DNA from: Dysgonomonas sp.
Lineage (GTDB): Bacteria; Bacteroidota; Bacteroidia; Bacteroidales; Dysgonomonadaceae
Assembly: GCA_047605185.1 (NCBI GenBank)
Contig: JASGGC010000012.1
Coordinates: forward strand, 4,630 to 68,629
DNA length: 64,000 bases
Direction of reading: 5' to 3'
This document shows, piece after piece, positions 9,143 through 18,220 of the stretch. Under the pieces are notes generated by a model, which saw only the letters and a program-made list of their open reading frames with translations, did no database searches and was not told the origin of the DNA. How positions within the stretch are numbered: position 1 is the stretch's first letter; every line of letters starts with the position of its first letter. Made by a program: the position numbers and the translations under genes.

Positions 9143-10360
9143 ATGGAAGCAATAAATAAAAGCAATAATAATTTCGAACAATGTATCAAATGTACAGTAT
9201 GTACAGTATACTGTCCTGTTTTGAAAGTGAATCCGGATTTTCCGGGCCCTAAACACGGAGGTCCCGATGAAGAACGTTTGCGTCTCAAGAATCCATATTT
9301 TTATGATGAAGCATTGAAGCTATGTTTGAATTGCAAACGCTGTGAGGTAGCTTGTCCTTCAAATGTGAAGATTGGAGATATAATACAATCTGCAAGAATC
9401 AAATACAGTAAGAAAAAACCAAAAGTACGTGATTTTATTTTGGCTAATACAGATTTGATGGGTACGTTGACTACGCCATTTGCTCCGATTGTTAATCCAA
9501 TACTAAAATTAAAATTAACAAGATCAGTGTTGGATGGAGTATTAAGTATCGATCATCGCCGGATTTTTCCTAAATATTCACACGGTACATTTGAGGGCTG
9601 GATGAAAAAGCAAGCGGCTAAGCAGAAAACGTTTGCTAAACAAGTTTCTTTCTTTCATGGCTGTTATGTCAATTACAATAATCCACAGTTAGGAAAAGAT
9701 CTTGTTAAAATTTTTAATGCCTTAGGTTATGGAGTACAGTTGCTTCGTAAAGAGAAATGTTGTGGAGTAGCACTTATTTCGAATGGGCTAATCAATCAGG
9801 CGAAGAAACAAGGAACTGTAAATATCGAGTCGATAAGAGAAAGTGTTCTGGAGAAGAATATGCCGGTTGTGGCAACTTCTTCCACTTGTACTTTTACTTT
9901 GCGTGATGAATATCCCCATCTGTTGGGTCTCAATAATTCAGATGTTCGGGATCATATAGAATTAGCAACTCGTTTTATATATCGATTGATGACAACTTCT
10001 GATATAGTACAAAAATTGAAGTTTAAGGATGATAGAATAAAAGTTGCCTACCATGTGCCTTGCCATATGGAAAAATTAGGCTGGTCTTATTATACAGTAG
10101 AATTGTTGAAATTGATTCCTAATATAGACTTGAAAATGTTGAATCCAAATTGTTGTGGTATTGCTGGAACTTATGGATTTAAAAAAGAAAATTATGCGAC
10201 ATCGCAAAGTATAGGTGCACCATTGTTCGATGAAATTGATAATAGTGATATTGATTTTGTTGTTTCAGATTGCGAAACCTGCAAATGGCAGATAGATATG
10301 TCTACTTCCAAAGAATGTGTGCATCCGATATCTATTATAGCTAATGCTTTGGTAGATTGA
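9143..10360 (+). CDS. glpC: Anaerobic glycerol-3-phosphate dehydrogenase subunit C (Fe-S, CCG domains)
   Basis: 405 aa. It has two 4Fe-4S motifs, CIKCTVCTVYCP and CLNCKRCEVACP, and two Cys-rich CCG motifs (EKCCGV, NCCGIAG). Confidence 0.9.
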   Translation: MEAINKSNNNFEQCIKCTVCTVYCPVLKVNPDFPGPKHGGPDEERLRLKNPYFYDEALKLCLNCKRCEVACPSNVKIGDIIQSARIKYSKKKPKVRDFILANTDLMGTLTTPFAPIVNPILKLKLTRSVLDGVLSIDHRRIFPKYSHGTFEGWMKKQAAKQKTFAKQVSFFHGCYVNYNNPQLGKDLVKIFNALGYGVQLLRKEKCCGVALISNGLINQAKKQGTVNIESIRESVLEKNMPVVATSSTCTFTLRDEYPHLLGLNNSDVRDHIELATRFIYRLMTTSDIVQKLKFKDDRIKVAYHVPCHMEKLGWSYYTVELLKLIPNIDLKMLNPNCCGIAGTYGFKKENYATSQSIGAPLFDEIDNSDIDFVVSDCETCKWQIDMSTSKECVHPISIIANALVD

Positions 10361-10805
10361 AATAGATTTTTTCTATTTTGACATAAAAAGTTTCAATTTG
10401 TGTTTTGCAGAGTTTCCGCTATGTTTAAGTAGTATGGTTTTCTAAAAAAAGGAAAATTCTTTCAATTTCATTCCAGCTAAAGAAAAAAATGTCCCGATCT
10501 GTAAAAATCAATTTATAAGAGTTAGAAATGTAATGGGAAAATAGCCCTGTTTTTGAGCTCGTGGGATAAAAATAGTCTTTTTTATGAAAAAAAAGTTTTG
10601 AAAAGTTTTGATTTTATTTTGAATGTAACTATATTTAATCAAATAAAACAGATAACATTACTTTTACTTACGAATTTTCTTTCTTGAATGTTTTGGATAG
10701 AAAGAAAGATTATTTTAGAAGGCAGTTAAAACCAGCCTTTGTTCTAAGTCTTGAAATATGACTTAGTGGTGCATTAATAAATTAACCTAATACCGCCTAG
10801 TTACC

Positions 10806-12296
10806 ATGGAAGAAAAATTTATTTTAGCATTCGATGCCGGAACTACAAGCTCCCGAGCAATTGTATTTGACAAGCAGGGTAAGATTCGTTCTATTGCCCA
10901 AAAAGAATTTACTCAATACTTTCCACAAAGTGGTTGGGTTGAACATGATCCTCATGAGATTTGGTCGTCTCAGGCCTCTGTTGCTGCAGAAGCTATTACC
11001 AAGATTGGGATTAATGGAACAAATATTGCCGGAATTGGGATTACCAATCAGCGCGAAACAGTCGTTGTGTGGGATCGGACAACAGGAGAACCCGTTTATA
11101 ATGCTATTGTATGGCAGGATAGACGAACATCAGAATATTGTGACCAATTAAAAAATAATGGCTTAGTACAAACCATTCGTTCCAAGACAGGTCTGGTGAT
11201 AGATGCATATTTTAGTGCAACTAAAGTGAAATGGATCTTGGATAATGTAGAAGGAGCCAGAAAGAAAGCAGAAAAAGGAGAGTTGGCATTTGGTACAATC
11301 GATTCTTGGATAATTTGGCAGTTGACAAGAGGAGAGGTACATGTTACAGATGTTACTAATGCATCGCGTACTATGATGTATAATATTCATACTTTGGAGT
11401 GGGATGACGAACTATTGAAACTGTTCAATATTCCTAAAAGTATGTTACCTAAAGTTTGCTCTTCGAGTGAAATATACGGATATACTAAAACAACGATTTT
11501 TGCGTCGAAAGTGCCAATTGCTGGTATTGCCGGCGATCAACAAGCAGCCTTGTTCGGACAGATGTGTATTAAACCAGGTATGGTGAAAAACACTTATGGA
11601 ACAGGCTGTTTTATTTTGATGAATACAGGTGAAGAGCCGGTTGCTTCTAAAAATAACTTGATCACGACTATTGCATGGCAAGTCGGAGGGAAAACTTCGT
11701 ATGCATTAGAAGGTAGTGTATTTGTTGCCGGAGCCATTGTTCAATGGCTTAGAGACGGACTTAATATAATTAATTCCTCTTCGGAAATCGAAACCCTTGC
11801 ACGTCAGGTACCTGACTGTGGCGATGTCTACTTTGTGCCGGCACTCACCGGTTTAGGCGCTCCATATTGGGATCAATATGCAAGAGGCACATTGGTTGGA
11901 ATATCGAGAGGTACTACTGCCGCACATATTGCTAGAGCAGCACTCGAAGGGATTGCTTATCTTACATCCGATGTAATCAATGCTATGGTGTTGGATGCAG
12001 GTACAGGGTTGAAAGAACTGAGAGTTGATGGTGGTGCTTCTAGGAATGACTTGTTGATGGAGTTTCAATCGAATGTGTTGATGCAGAAGGTTATTCGTCC
12101 TCAAACTTCTGAAACTACAGCCTTAGGCGCAGCTTATCTTGCCGGACTTGCTGTTGGTTATTGGGATAGTCTGGAAGAAATAGAAAAACAATGGCATATT
12201 GATAAGACTTTCGAACCGGATGCAAATATTGATATGCAATTGAATAAACAAAAATGGACAAGTGCGGTTCAGCGATCCCAATCGTGGATAAAATAA
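10806..12296 (+). CDS. glpK: Glycerol kinase
   Basis: 496 aa with near-canonical GlpK motifs: [37 protein letters not shown] and [15 protein letters not shown]. Confidence 0.95.
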   Translation: MEEKFILAFDAGTTSSRAIVFDKQGKIRSIAQKEFTQYFPQSGWVEHDPHEIWSSQASVAAEAITKIGINGTNIAGIGITNQRETVVVWDRTTGEPVYNAIVWQDRRTSEYCDQLKNNGLVQTIRSKTGLVIDAYFSATKVKWILDNVEGARKKAEKGELAFGTIDSWIIWQLTRGEVHVTDVTNASRTMMYNIHTLEWDDELLKLFNIPKSMLPKVCSSSEIYGYTKTTIFASKVPIAGIAGDQQAALFGQMCIKPGMVKNTYGTGCFILMNTGEEPVASKNNLITTIAWQVGGKTSYALEGSVFVAGAIVQWLRDGLNIINSSSEIETLARQVPDCGDVYFVPALTGLGAPYWDQYARGTLVGISRGTTAAHIARAALEGIAYLTSDVINAMVLDAGTGLKELRVDGGASRNDLLMEFQSNVLMQKVIRPQTSETTALGAAYLAGLAVGYWDSLEEIEKQWHIDKTFEPDANIDMQLNKQKWTSAVQRSQSWIK

Positions 12297-12410
12297 TATA
12301 GATCACATTTTTACTAAAGTTACCTTAATTTTTCACACAACCGGAAATGGTTGTTGCAGAGATACCCATGCCTTATGCCAACAACCATATCTCGGTTAAA
12401 AACTTAGAAC

Positions 12411-13259
12411 ATGAAAAAAAATAGTATTTTGATTGCCTTACTCTTTCTTTTAGGAGTCTCGTCGAATGTTTCGGCACAGGTAGAGTTGAAAGAAAAAGAA
12501 ATCCCTGTCGATATCGCTTTAGAGTTAAAGAATGCGCATATATGGAGGGGGCTCGATGTGTCTCACAATTTGCTTATTGATGCAAATGTTAAATTGACTG
12601 ATAAGTCTAAAACAGTAGGAGTCGGAATCTGGGCTGCAACCACTTTTACAAGTGATTTTAGAGAATTCGATTATTATGCTGGTTTCTATAAAGGAGGTTT
12701 CTCTTTTGAAGTTTGGGATATATTTAATTTTTCAGATAAAAATCAATTCGATCCGGTCACAAATACAGGATATAATACTCAAAAAGCATTTGACTATAGT
12801 GCCCACGGTACAGGTCATTTTGTAGATGTCCGTTTAGCTCACCGTTTTTCAGATAAATTTCCTCTTTGCCTAAAATGGAATACTGTTGTTTTTGGACGTG
12901 ACCGTGCTCGTATTAGTACTCCAAGCCTATCGGAGCCGGGTGTTTATAATCAAAAGTATTCTAGTAGCCGCTATTCTACATATGTAGAAGCTGAATATCC
13001 GATCCTGAAAGGGAATATTGTAGATGTTAAAGTTGGAGTCGGAGGGGCTTTTGCACTCAAAGAAGCAAAGATTGACGGACAAAAAATAAAAGGTCACTTT
13101 TATGGAGAGTCAGCCGGTATTGTAAATGCATCCTTAACAGTAACTAAACGTTTGCAGTTAGGTGAGCACTATAATTTACCTATTACAGCCACTGCTGTTT
13201 GGAATCCTGAAGCAAGCAAAACATATATGGAAATTGCAATGCAAGTATTGCAGTTCTGA
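12411..13259 (+). CDS. Porin-like outer-membrane beta-barrel protein, function unknown (between glpK and glpF)
   Basis: 282 aa. It has the signal peptide MKKNSILIALLFLLGVSSNVSAQ and a C-terminal ...MQVLQF with terminal Phe, the OMP beta-signal. The HIWRGLDVS...GVGIWAAT...EFDYYAGF pattern recalls TorF/Gcw_chp-type putative porins. Confidence 0.6.
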   Translation: MKKNSILIALLFLLGVSSNVSAQVELKEKEIPVDIALELKNAHIWRGLDVSHNLLIDANVKLTDKSKTVGVGIWAATTFTSDFREFDYYAGFYKGGFSFEVWDIFNFSDKNQFDPVTNTGYNTQKAFDYSAHGTGHFVDVRLAHRFSDKFPLCLKWNTVVFGRDRARISTPSLSEPGVYNQKYSSSRYSTYVEAEYPILKGNIVDVKVGVGGAFALKEAKIDGQKIKGHFYGESAGIVNASLTVTKRLQLGEHYNLPITATAVWNPEASKTYMEIAMQVLQF

Positions 13260-13443
13260 TTTATAGTATAATTCAAAAGTAAAACGAAATAAAATTGATC
13301 AAAATTATTTTATTTAGGTCTGTTTCTTTATCGATTATTATTTTGTAAGTTATTTAAAGTTTCGTTTACTTATTATTTTCTTCATTTTATTTTGTTGTTT
13401 ATTATTTTTTCTTTTTCTTTGTCAAAAGCAAAGAGGAATCCGT

Positions 13444-13461
13444 AATTCTTTTAAAAGAATT
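13444..13461. promoter_or_regulatory. Perfect 18-bp palindrome in the glpF leader
   Basis: aattcttttaaaagaatt lies 122 nt upstream of the glpF ATG, inside a 323-bp very AT-rich intergenic region. Confidence 0.3.
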
Positions 13462-13582
13462 GTGTTGTGAGTAAATAGAAATAAGAAGAATTAGGTATTA
13501 AGTAGTATTGAAACTTTCAGATTGTGCATAAATAAAGAAGACAACCTTAATTAATCAATATTAATACCAAAAACAAGAATTT

Positions 13583-14359
13583 ATGACAATTACAGCATCT
13601 CAATTTTTAGGCGAAATGTTAGGGTCTTTTACCCTTATCGCTTTAGGGGTAGGAATCAGTATGAACCTAACCCTGAATAAAAGTTTTAATATGGGTAATA
13701 CAGCTGCGATCAGCGGGCCTCTTTCGTGGGGATTTGCAGTAGCAATGGCTATCATTGTAGCAATGCCTTTCAATAGTGGAGCACATTTTAATCCAGCGGT
13801 TACAATTGGATTTGCAGTAGCAGGAGTATTTCCTTGGGCATTAGTTTTACCATACATTGGAGCACAGGCTATCGGATCCTTTCTTGGTGCTGTCGTAAGC
13901 TGGTTCGTATATAAATGCCAGTTTGACGAAACTGCAAACGACCCTTATAAAACGCGTATTGTGTTTTGTACAAATGCAGCAGTACGTAATCCGCTTCGCA
14001 ATTTTGCGAGCGAGGCTCTGGCAACATTCTTTCTCATATTTATTTCGTTAGTCATGGTTGCTCCTCATATTATTTCGATTGAAGGAACAAAAGTGCCAAT
14101 TGGTCTTGGAGCTAACGGAGCTATAATAAACGGTTTCTTGATTTTTGCTATTGGTATGGCATATGGAGGGGTTACAGGATGGTCATTAAATCCTACTCGT
14201 GATTTGATGCCAAGATTAGCCCATCAGCTATTACCAATAAAAGGAAAAGAAGGTAGTGATTGGGGATATGGAATAAGAAATGGGGCTATTGCACCGGTTG
14301 TGGGTGCTGTTATAGCTGCCGGTTTATATCTGTTGATCAAAGATTATCTTGTTTCGTAG
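13583..14359 (+). CDS. glpF: MIP-family glycerol/polyol uptake facilitator
   Basis: 258 aa. The first NPA box is HFNPAVT. The second box reads LNPTRD, that is NPT instead of NPA. It has six hydrophobic segments and sits in a glp context. Confidence 0.9.
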   Translation: MTITASQFLGEMLGSFTLIALGVGISMNLTLNKSFNMGNTAAISGPLSWGFAVAMAIIVAMPFNSGAHFNPAVTIGFAVAGVFPWALVLPYIGAQAIGSFLGAVVSWFVYKCQFDETANDPYKTRIVFCTNAAVRNPLRNFASEALATFFLIFISLVMVAPHIISIEGTKVPIGLGANGAIINGFLIFAIGMAYGGVTGWSLNPTRDLMPRLAHQLLPIKGKEGSDWGYGIRNGAIAPVVGAVIAAGLYLLIKDYLVS

Positions 14360-14441
14360 TCAAAAGTGACCATGTCACTCTGCACTAACCACCTGATGTT
14401 TTTCGAGCTAAATATAAATTTTTAATTAAAATACTACAGTA

Positions 14442-15092
14442 ATGAAATTTTTTATTGATACAGCAAATTTAGAGCACATTAAGAAAGCTCAGGATTTAGG
14501 CGTTTTAGATGGAGTTACAACTAACCCTTCTATAATGGCCAAAGAAGGTGTTACCGGAAAAGAGAATATAAAAGCTCATTACAAAGCTATTTGTAACATC
14601 GTTGACGGTGATGTTAGTGCAGAGGTATTATCTACAGACTATGATAATATGCTCCGTGAAGCGGACGAATTGGTAAAGATAGACGAAAAAATAGTAGTTA
14701 AAGTTCCCATGATTGCGGACGGAATTAGAGCTATTAAATATCTGACAGATAATGGTATAAAAACCAATTGTACACTAGTGTTCTCTGCAGGTCAGGCTCT
14801 GTTGGCTGCCAAAGCGGGTGCAACTTATGTTTCTCCTTTCTTAGGTCGTTTGGATGATATATCTACAGACGGGTTACATCTTATAGAAGAAATCAGACTT
14901 ATCTATGATAACTATGGATTCGAAACTCAAATATTAGCAGCTTCAATCCGAAATTCGATGCATATAATCAATTGTGCAAAATTGGGTGCAGATGTGATCA
15001 CATCGCCATTAGATGCTATTATGGCACTATTGAAACACCCTTTGACCGATTCGGGATTAGCGAAATTCATTGAAGATTCAAAAAAATTATAA
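14442..15092 (+). CDS. tal: Transaldolase, short type 3B (Tal/FSA family)
   Basis: 216 aa. Motifs are [22 protein letters not shown] (Schiff-base Lys) and [10 protein letters not shown]. The Phe in SPF (E. coli FSA has Tyr in APYVNRID, as I recall) favours transaldolase over fructose-6-phosphate aldolase. Confidence 0.8.
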   Translation: MKFFIDTANLEHIKKAQDLGVLDGVTTNPSIMAKEGVTGKENIKAHYKAICNIVDGDVSAEVLSTDYDNMLREADELVKIDEKIVVKVPMIADGIRAIKYLTDNGIKTNCTLVFSAGQALLAAKAGATYVSPFLGRLDDISTDGLHLIEEIRLIYDNYGFETQILAASIRNSMHIINCAKLGADVITSPLDAIMALLKHPLTDSGLAKFIEDSKKL

Positions 15093-15109
15093 ATAAAAAA
15101 TATAAGATT

Positions 15110-16495
15110 ATGCCTAAACAAGAAGTAGAAAAAGCATTAAGCCTTGCAGATGAAACAAAGTTTCTTAAGATAGGAGAAAATATACTGAGCGAAATTCCGG
15201 CAATATTTAAAGCTCAATTTCCAGGAAAAAAAGCTATTGTTATCGCAGATAAAAATACATATCGTGTAGCAGGCGAAGCCGTTCATAAATATTTATCCGA
15301 CGCAGGTTTAGAATATGGACAACCATTGATAATGGATGACCCTGATCTATATGCAGATTATCGTTTTGTTCAAAAAATAGTAACATATCTGAAACCATTT
15401 GACGCTATTGCTGTGGCAGTAGGTGGAGGTGTGATAAATGATATAACCAAACGTGCTAACTATGAGTTAGAAAGACCATATATGTGTGTTGCTACAGCAG
15501 CCTCTATGGATGGTTATTCAGCTTATGGAGCATCTATAACTAAAGAAGGAGCAAAAATGACAATGACATGTCCTGCACCACAGGCTATTGTTGCCGATTT
15601 GGCTGTTATTTGTAAAGCACCTCCCATCACAACAGCATCAGGCTATGCTGATTTGTATGCAAAAGTCCCAGCCGGAGCTGATTGGATATTGGCTGATGCC
15701 TTAGGTGTAGAACCTTTGGACGACCAGTCATGGCATATAGTACAAGATGGATTGGAAAGCGCATTGAAAGACCCCGCTGGAGCTAAAGCCGGAGAGGTTT
15801 CTGCCATAGAACCTTTGATTGAAGGATTGATGCTTGGAGGCTTTGCCATACAGTCTCTGAGATCGAGCCGTCCCGCATCAGGTGCAGAACACCAGTTCAG
15901 TCACCTATGGGATATGGAACACCATACTTTCAAAGGTGAGATGGCAAAAAAATTCGGATTGTATAAAGATCAGGATGAACAAGCTCCATCGCATGGGTTT
16001 AAAGTAGGTATCGGTCTACTTACTATATCGGCTTTATATGAACGTATATTTGAAACTCCTTTAGATCAATTGGATGTGAAAAAGGCTGTAAGCCAATGGA
16101 AACCATTGGAAGAACAAGTTGCAGAAGTAAACGAAATGTTCAAAGGAACAGGACTTGAAGAATTTGCAGCAAAACAAATTACAGAAAAATATATTTCTAA
16201 AGAAGATTTAGAAAAACAATTGACAACATTAAAAAATAACTGGTCTAAAATAAGAGAGGATTTGAAAAAACAAATTATCCCTTATGCAGAAACTAAAAAG
16301 CGGTTGAAATTAGTTGGTGCACCTGTAGAATGTGAAGAAATTGGTATTACAAGAGACCGATTAAGAAAAAGTTTTTACAGAGCACAGAAGATAAGAAATC
16401 GTTTTACAGTTTTGGACTTGGCTGTACGTACTGGATATCTGGACCAATGGGTAGATGAACTGTTCGGTGAAAATGGCGTTTTGCAACATTCATAA
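15110..16495 (+). CDS. sn-Glycerol-1-phosphate dehydrogenase family protein (AraM/EgsA-like; DHQS/Fe-ADH superfamily)
   Basis: 461 aa. It has the nucleotide motif GGGVINDITK and a metal/substrate motif SGAEHQFSHLWDMEHH...PSHGFKVG. The C-terminal segment is IRNRFTVLDLA. The true substrate is not inferable from sequence. Confidence 0.65.
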   Translation: MPKQEVEKALSLADETKFLKIGENILSEIPAIFKAQFPGKKAIVIADKNTYRVAGEAVHKYLSDAGLEYGQPLIMDDPDLYADYRFVQKIVTYLKPFDAIAVAVGGGVINDITKRANYELERPYMCVATAASMDGYSAYGASITKEGAKMTMTCPAPQAIVADLAVICKAPPITTASGYADLYAKVPAGADWILADALGVEPLDDQSWHIVQDGLESALKDPAGAKAGEVSAIEPLIEGLMLGGFAIQSLRSSRPASGAEHQFSHLWDMEHHTFKGEMAKKFGLYKDQDEQAPSHGFKVGIGLLTISALYERIFETPLDQLDVKKAVSQWKPLEEQVAEVNEMFKGTGLEEFAAKQITEKYISKEDLEKQLTTLKNNWSKIREDLKKQIIPYAETKKRLKLVGAPVECEEIGITRDRLRKSFYRAQKIRNRFTVLDLAVRTGYLDQWVDELFGENGVLQHS

Positions 16496-16509
16496 TTATA
16501 ATTGAGAAC

Positions 16510-16555
16510 TAGGTCACATCTTAAGAGTATTCTTGTACTGTACTCGATGTGGCCT
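16510..16555 (+). other. Intergenic stem-loop (possible weak terminator or processing site)
   Basis: taggtcacatc pairs with gatgtggccta (11 bp with one G-U), with an inner gagta/tactc pairing. It is followed only by ATTTTG. Confidence 0.3.
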
Positions 16556-16625
16556 ATTTTGACTCCTTTGCTCACTTTCCGGTAATTGTTAACTGTTTTT
16601 AGATCAATTAATATATTTATATAGA

Positions 16626-17486
16626 ATGAATTATATAACCGATATACAAAATACCCCACTCCCTATTTTAGACAAAGTAAAAAAAATAAAGCATGTTGCA
16701 TTAGATATGGATGGAACCATATATAATGGTAAAACGCTTTTTCCCTATACAATTGATTTTTTGAAAAAACTCAAGAGCCTAGGGATTACTTATTCTTTTC
16801 TTACCAATAATCCGTCAAGAAGTATTTCTGATTATCTGAAAAAATTGGAAGGATTGGGTATAGAAGCCACCGAAGAAGAAATGTATACTTCGGCACAGGC
16901 CACAATAGATTATTTGAAATATCATCATCCCGAATGGAAAAGATTATTCCTGTTGGGAACACCAAGTATGATAGAGCAATTCGAAAAAAATGGATTTATT
17001 TCGACAGCAGACTCTCCCGACGATGAACCCGATGCTCTGATTGTAGCTTTCGATATGAGTCTTACATACTCTCGTCTTTGCCGTGCGGCATGGTGGGCTA
17101 AACAGCAAAAACCATACTATGCTACCAATCCCGATTGGGTTTGCCCTACCGATCAGCCTGTTGTTTTAGTCGATTGTGCTTCAATTTACACCTGTATCGA
17201 AGCTGCAACTGGTCGCAAGCCGGATAAAGTATTAGGGAAACCGCAACCGGAAATGCTGGATGGTATTTTAGAATCAAAAAATCTAAAACCGGATCAGGTA
17301 GCTATGGTTGGTGATCGCATATATACCGATATGATGATGGCATATAATGCAAAAGCATTTGGTGTTCTGGTGCTTTCAGGAGAAGCAACACTCGAGGATG
17401 CCGAAAAAGCAGATCCCGAATTAGATATAATTCTGCCAAGTATCGACGAATTGGGTCAATTGATAGAATATACAAAAAAGGGTTAA
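16626..17486 (+). CDS. HAD-IIA (NagD/AraL-type) sugar-phosphate phosphatase
   Basis: 286 aa with motifs ALDMDGTIY, FLTNNPS and MVGDRIYTDM, characteristic of the NagD subfamily. Confidence 0.8.
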   Translation: MNYITDIQNTPLPILDKVKKIKHVALDMDGTIYNGKTLFPYTIDFLKKLKSLGITYSFLTNNPSRSISDYLKKLEGLGIEATEEEMYTSAQATIDYLKYHHPEWKRLFLLGTPSMIEQFEKNGFISTADSPDDEPDALIVAFDMSLTYSRLCRAAWWAKQQKPYYATNPDWVCPTDQPVVLVDCASIYTCIEAATGRKPDKVLGKPQPEMLDGILESKNLKPDQVAMVGDRIYTDMMMAYNAKAFGVLVLSGEATLEDAEKADPELDIILPSIDELGQLIEYTKKG

Positions 17487-17487
17487 G

Positions 17488-18189
17488 ATGGATAAATATA
17501 ATTATATAAAAGAAGAAGCCTTCAGAGGAAACTTATTGTTACCTCAACTAGGATTAGTTATATTTACTTGGGGAAATGTAAGTGTTGCAGATCACAATTT
17601 AGGAGTTTTTGCAATCAAACCGAGTGGCATCCCCTACGATAAACTTAAAAAAGACGACATCGTTGTTGTCGATTTCGAAGGAAAAGTAGTCGAAGGTAAA
17701 ATGCGCCCGTCATCCGATACCCCTACTCATGCTGTGTTATATTCGCACCTGAAAGACATTAATTCCGTAGTCCACACCCACAGTACCTATGCTACTGCAT
17801 GGGCACAGACTCAGAAAGATTTGCCTATTTTAGGGACAACACATGCTGATCATACTAAATATGATATTCCATGTACTTTGCCAATGAGTGATGAAATGAT
17901 TGAAGATGATTATGAATATCAGACCGGATTTCAAATCTTAAATGAGTTATCAGACCGTAACATCAGACCTGAGGAATTGAATATGATACTGATTGGTAAC
18001 CATGGTCCTTTTACTTGGGGTAAGAATGCGGAAGACGCAGTTTACAATAGTGCTGTATTAGAGAATATAGCGCAAATGGCATTCATTTCATTACAGATAA
18101 ACCCCCAAGCACCTCGTCTAAAAGAAGCCCTTATACAAAAACACTATGAACGTAAGCATGGCAAGAATGCTTATTACGGACAGAAGTAA
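17488..18189 (+). CDS. araD: L-ribulose-5-phosphate 4-epimerase (class II aldolase/adducin family)
   Basis: 233 aa. It aligns by eye along its whole length with E. coli AraD (FTWGNVS, IKPSG, PSSDTPTH, VVHTHS, GTTHADH). It starts 1 nt after the HAD-IIA stop codon (TAA 17484-17486), which suggests coupling. Confidence 0.85.
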   Translation: MDKYNYIKEEAFRGNLLLPQLGLVIFTWGNVSVADHNLGVFAIKPSGIPYDKLKKDDIVVVDFEGKVVEGKMRPSSDTPTHAVLYSHLKDINSVVHTHSTYATAWAQTQKDLPILGTTHADHTKYDIPCTLPMSDEMIEDDYEYQTGFQILNELSDRNIRPEELNMILIGNHGPFTWGKNAEDAVYNSAVLENIAQMAFISLQINPQAPRLKEALIQKHYERKHGKNAYYGQK

Positions 18190-18220
18190 CAAACATTAAT
18201 ATACATCAAAAACTAATACC

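Noticed and set aside
10361-10805. The 445-bp gap upstream of glpK as a possible riboswitch or sRNA. It contains a weak A/T hairpin right after glpC and an inverted repeat, tctttctt...aagaaaga, at about 10677-10708.
   Set aside because: The structures consist of A/T-rich short stems that are expected by chance in such sequence. I found no recognisable conserved RNA motif and no CGAAA-N10-TTTCG site. The region is probably just the glpK promoter plus a weak glpC terminator.
14442-16495. Idea that 14442..15092 is a fructose-6-phosphate aldolase working with a glycerol-dehydrogenase-like enzyme, as with the adjacent fsaB-gldA genes of E. coli, to assimilate dihydroxyacetone without ATP.
   Set aside because: The short Tal/FSA-family protein has Phe in [10 protein letters not shown], where FSA uses a catalytic Tyr (APYVNRID as I recall). 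It also closely resembles Thermotoga/Bacillus-type transaldolases. With tkt and rpiB downstream, a plain transaldolase role is the more economical reading. An enzyme assay would still be needed to exclude FSA activity.
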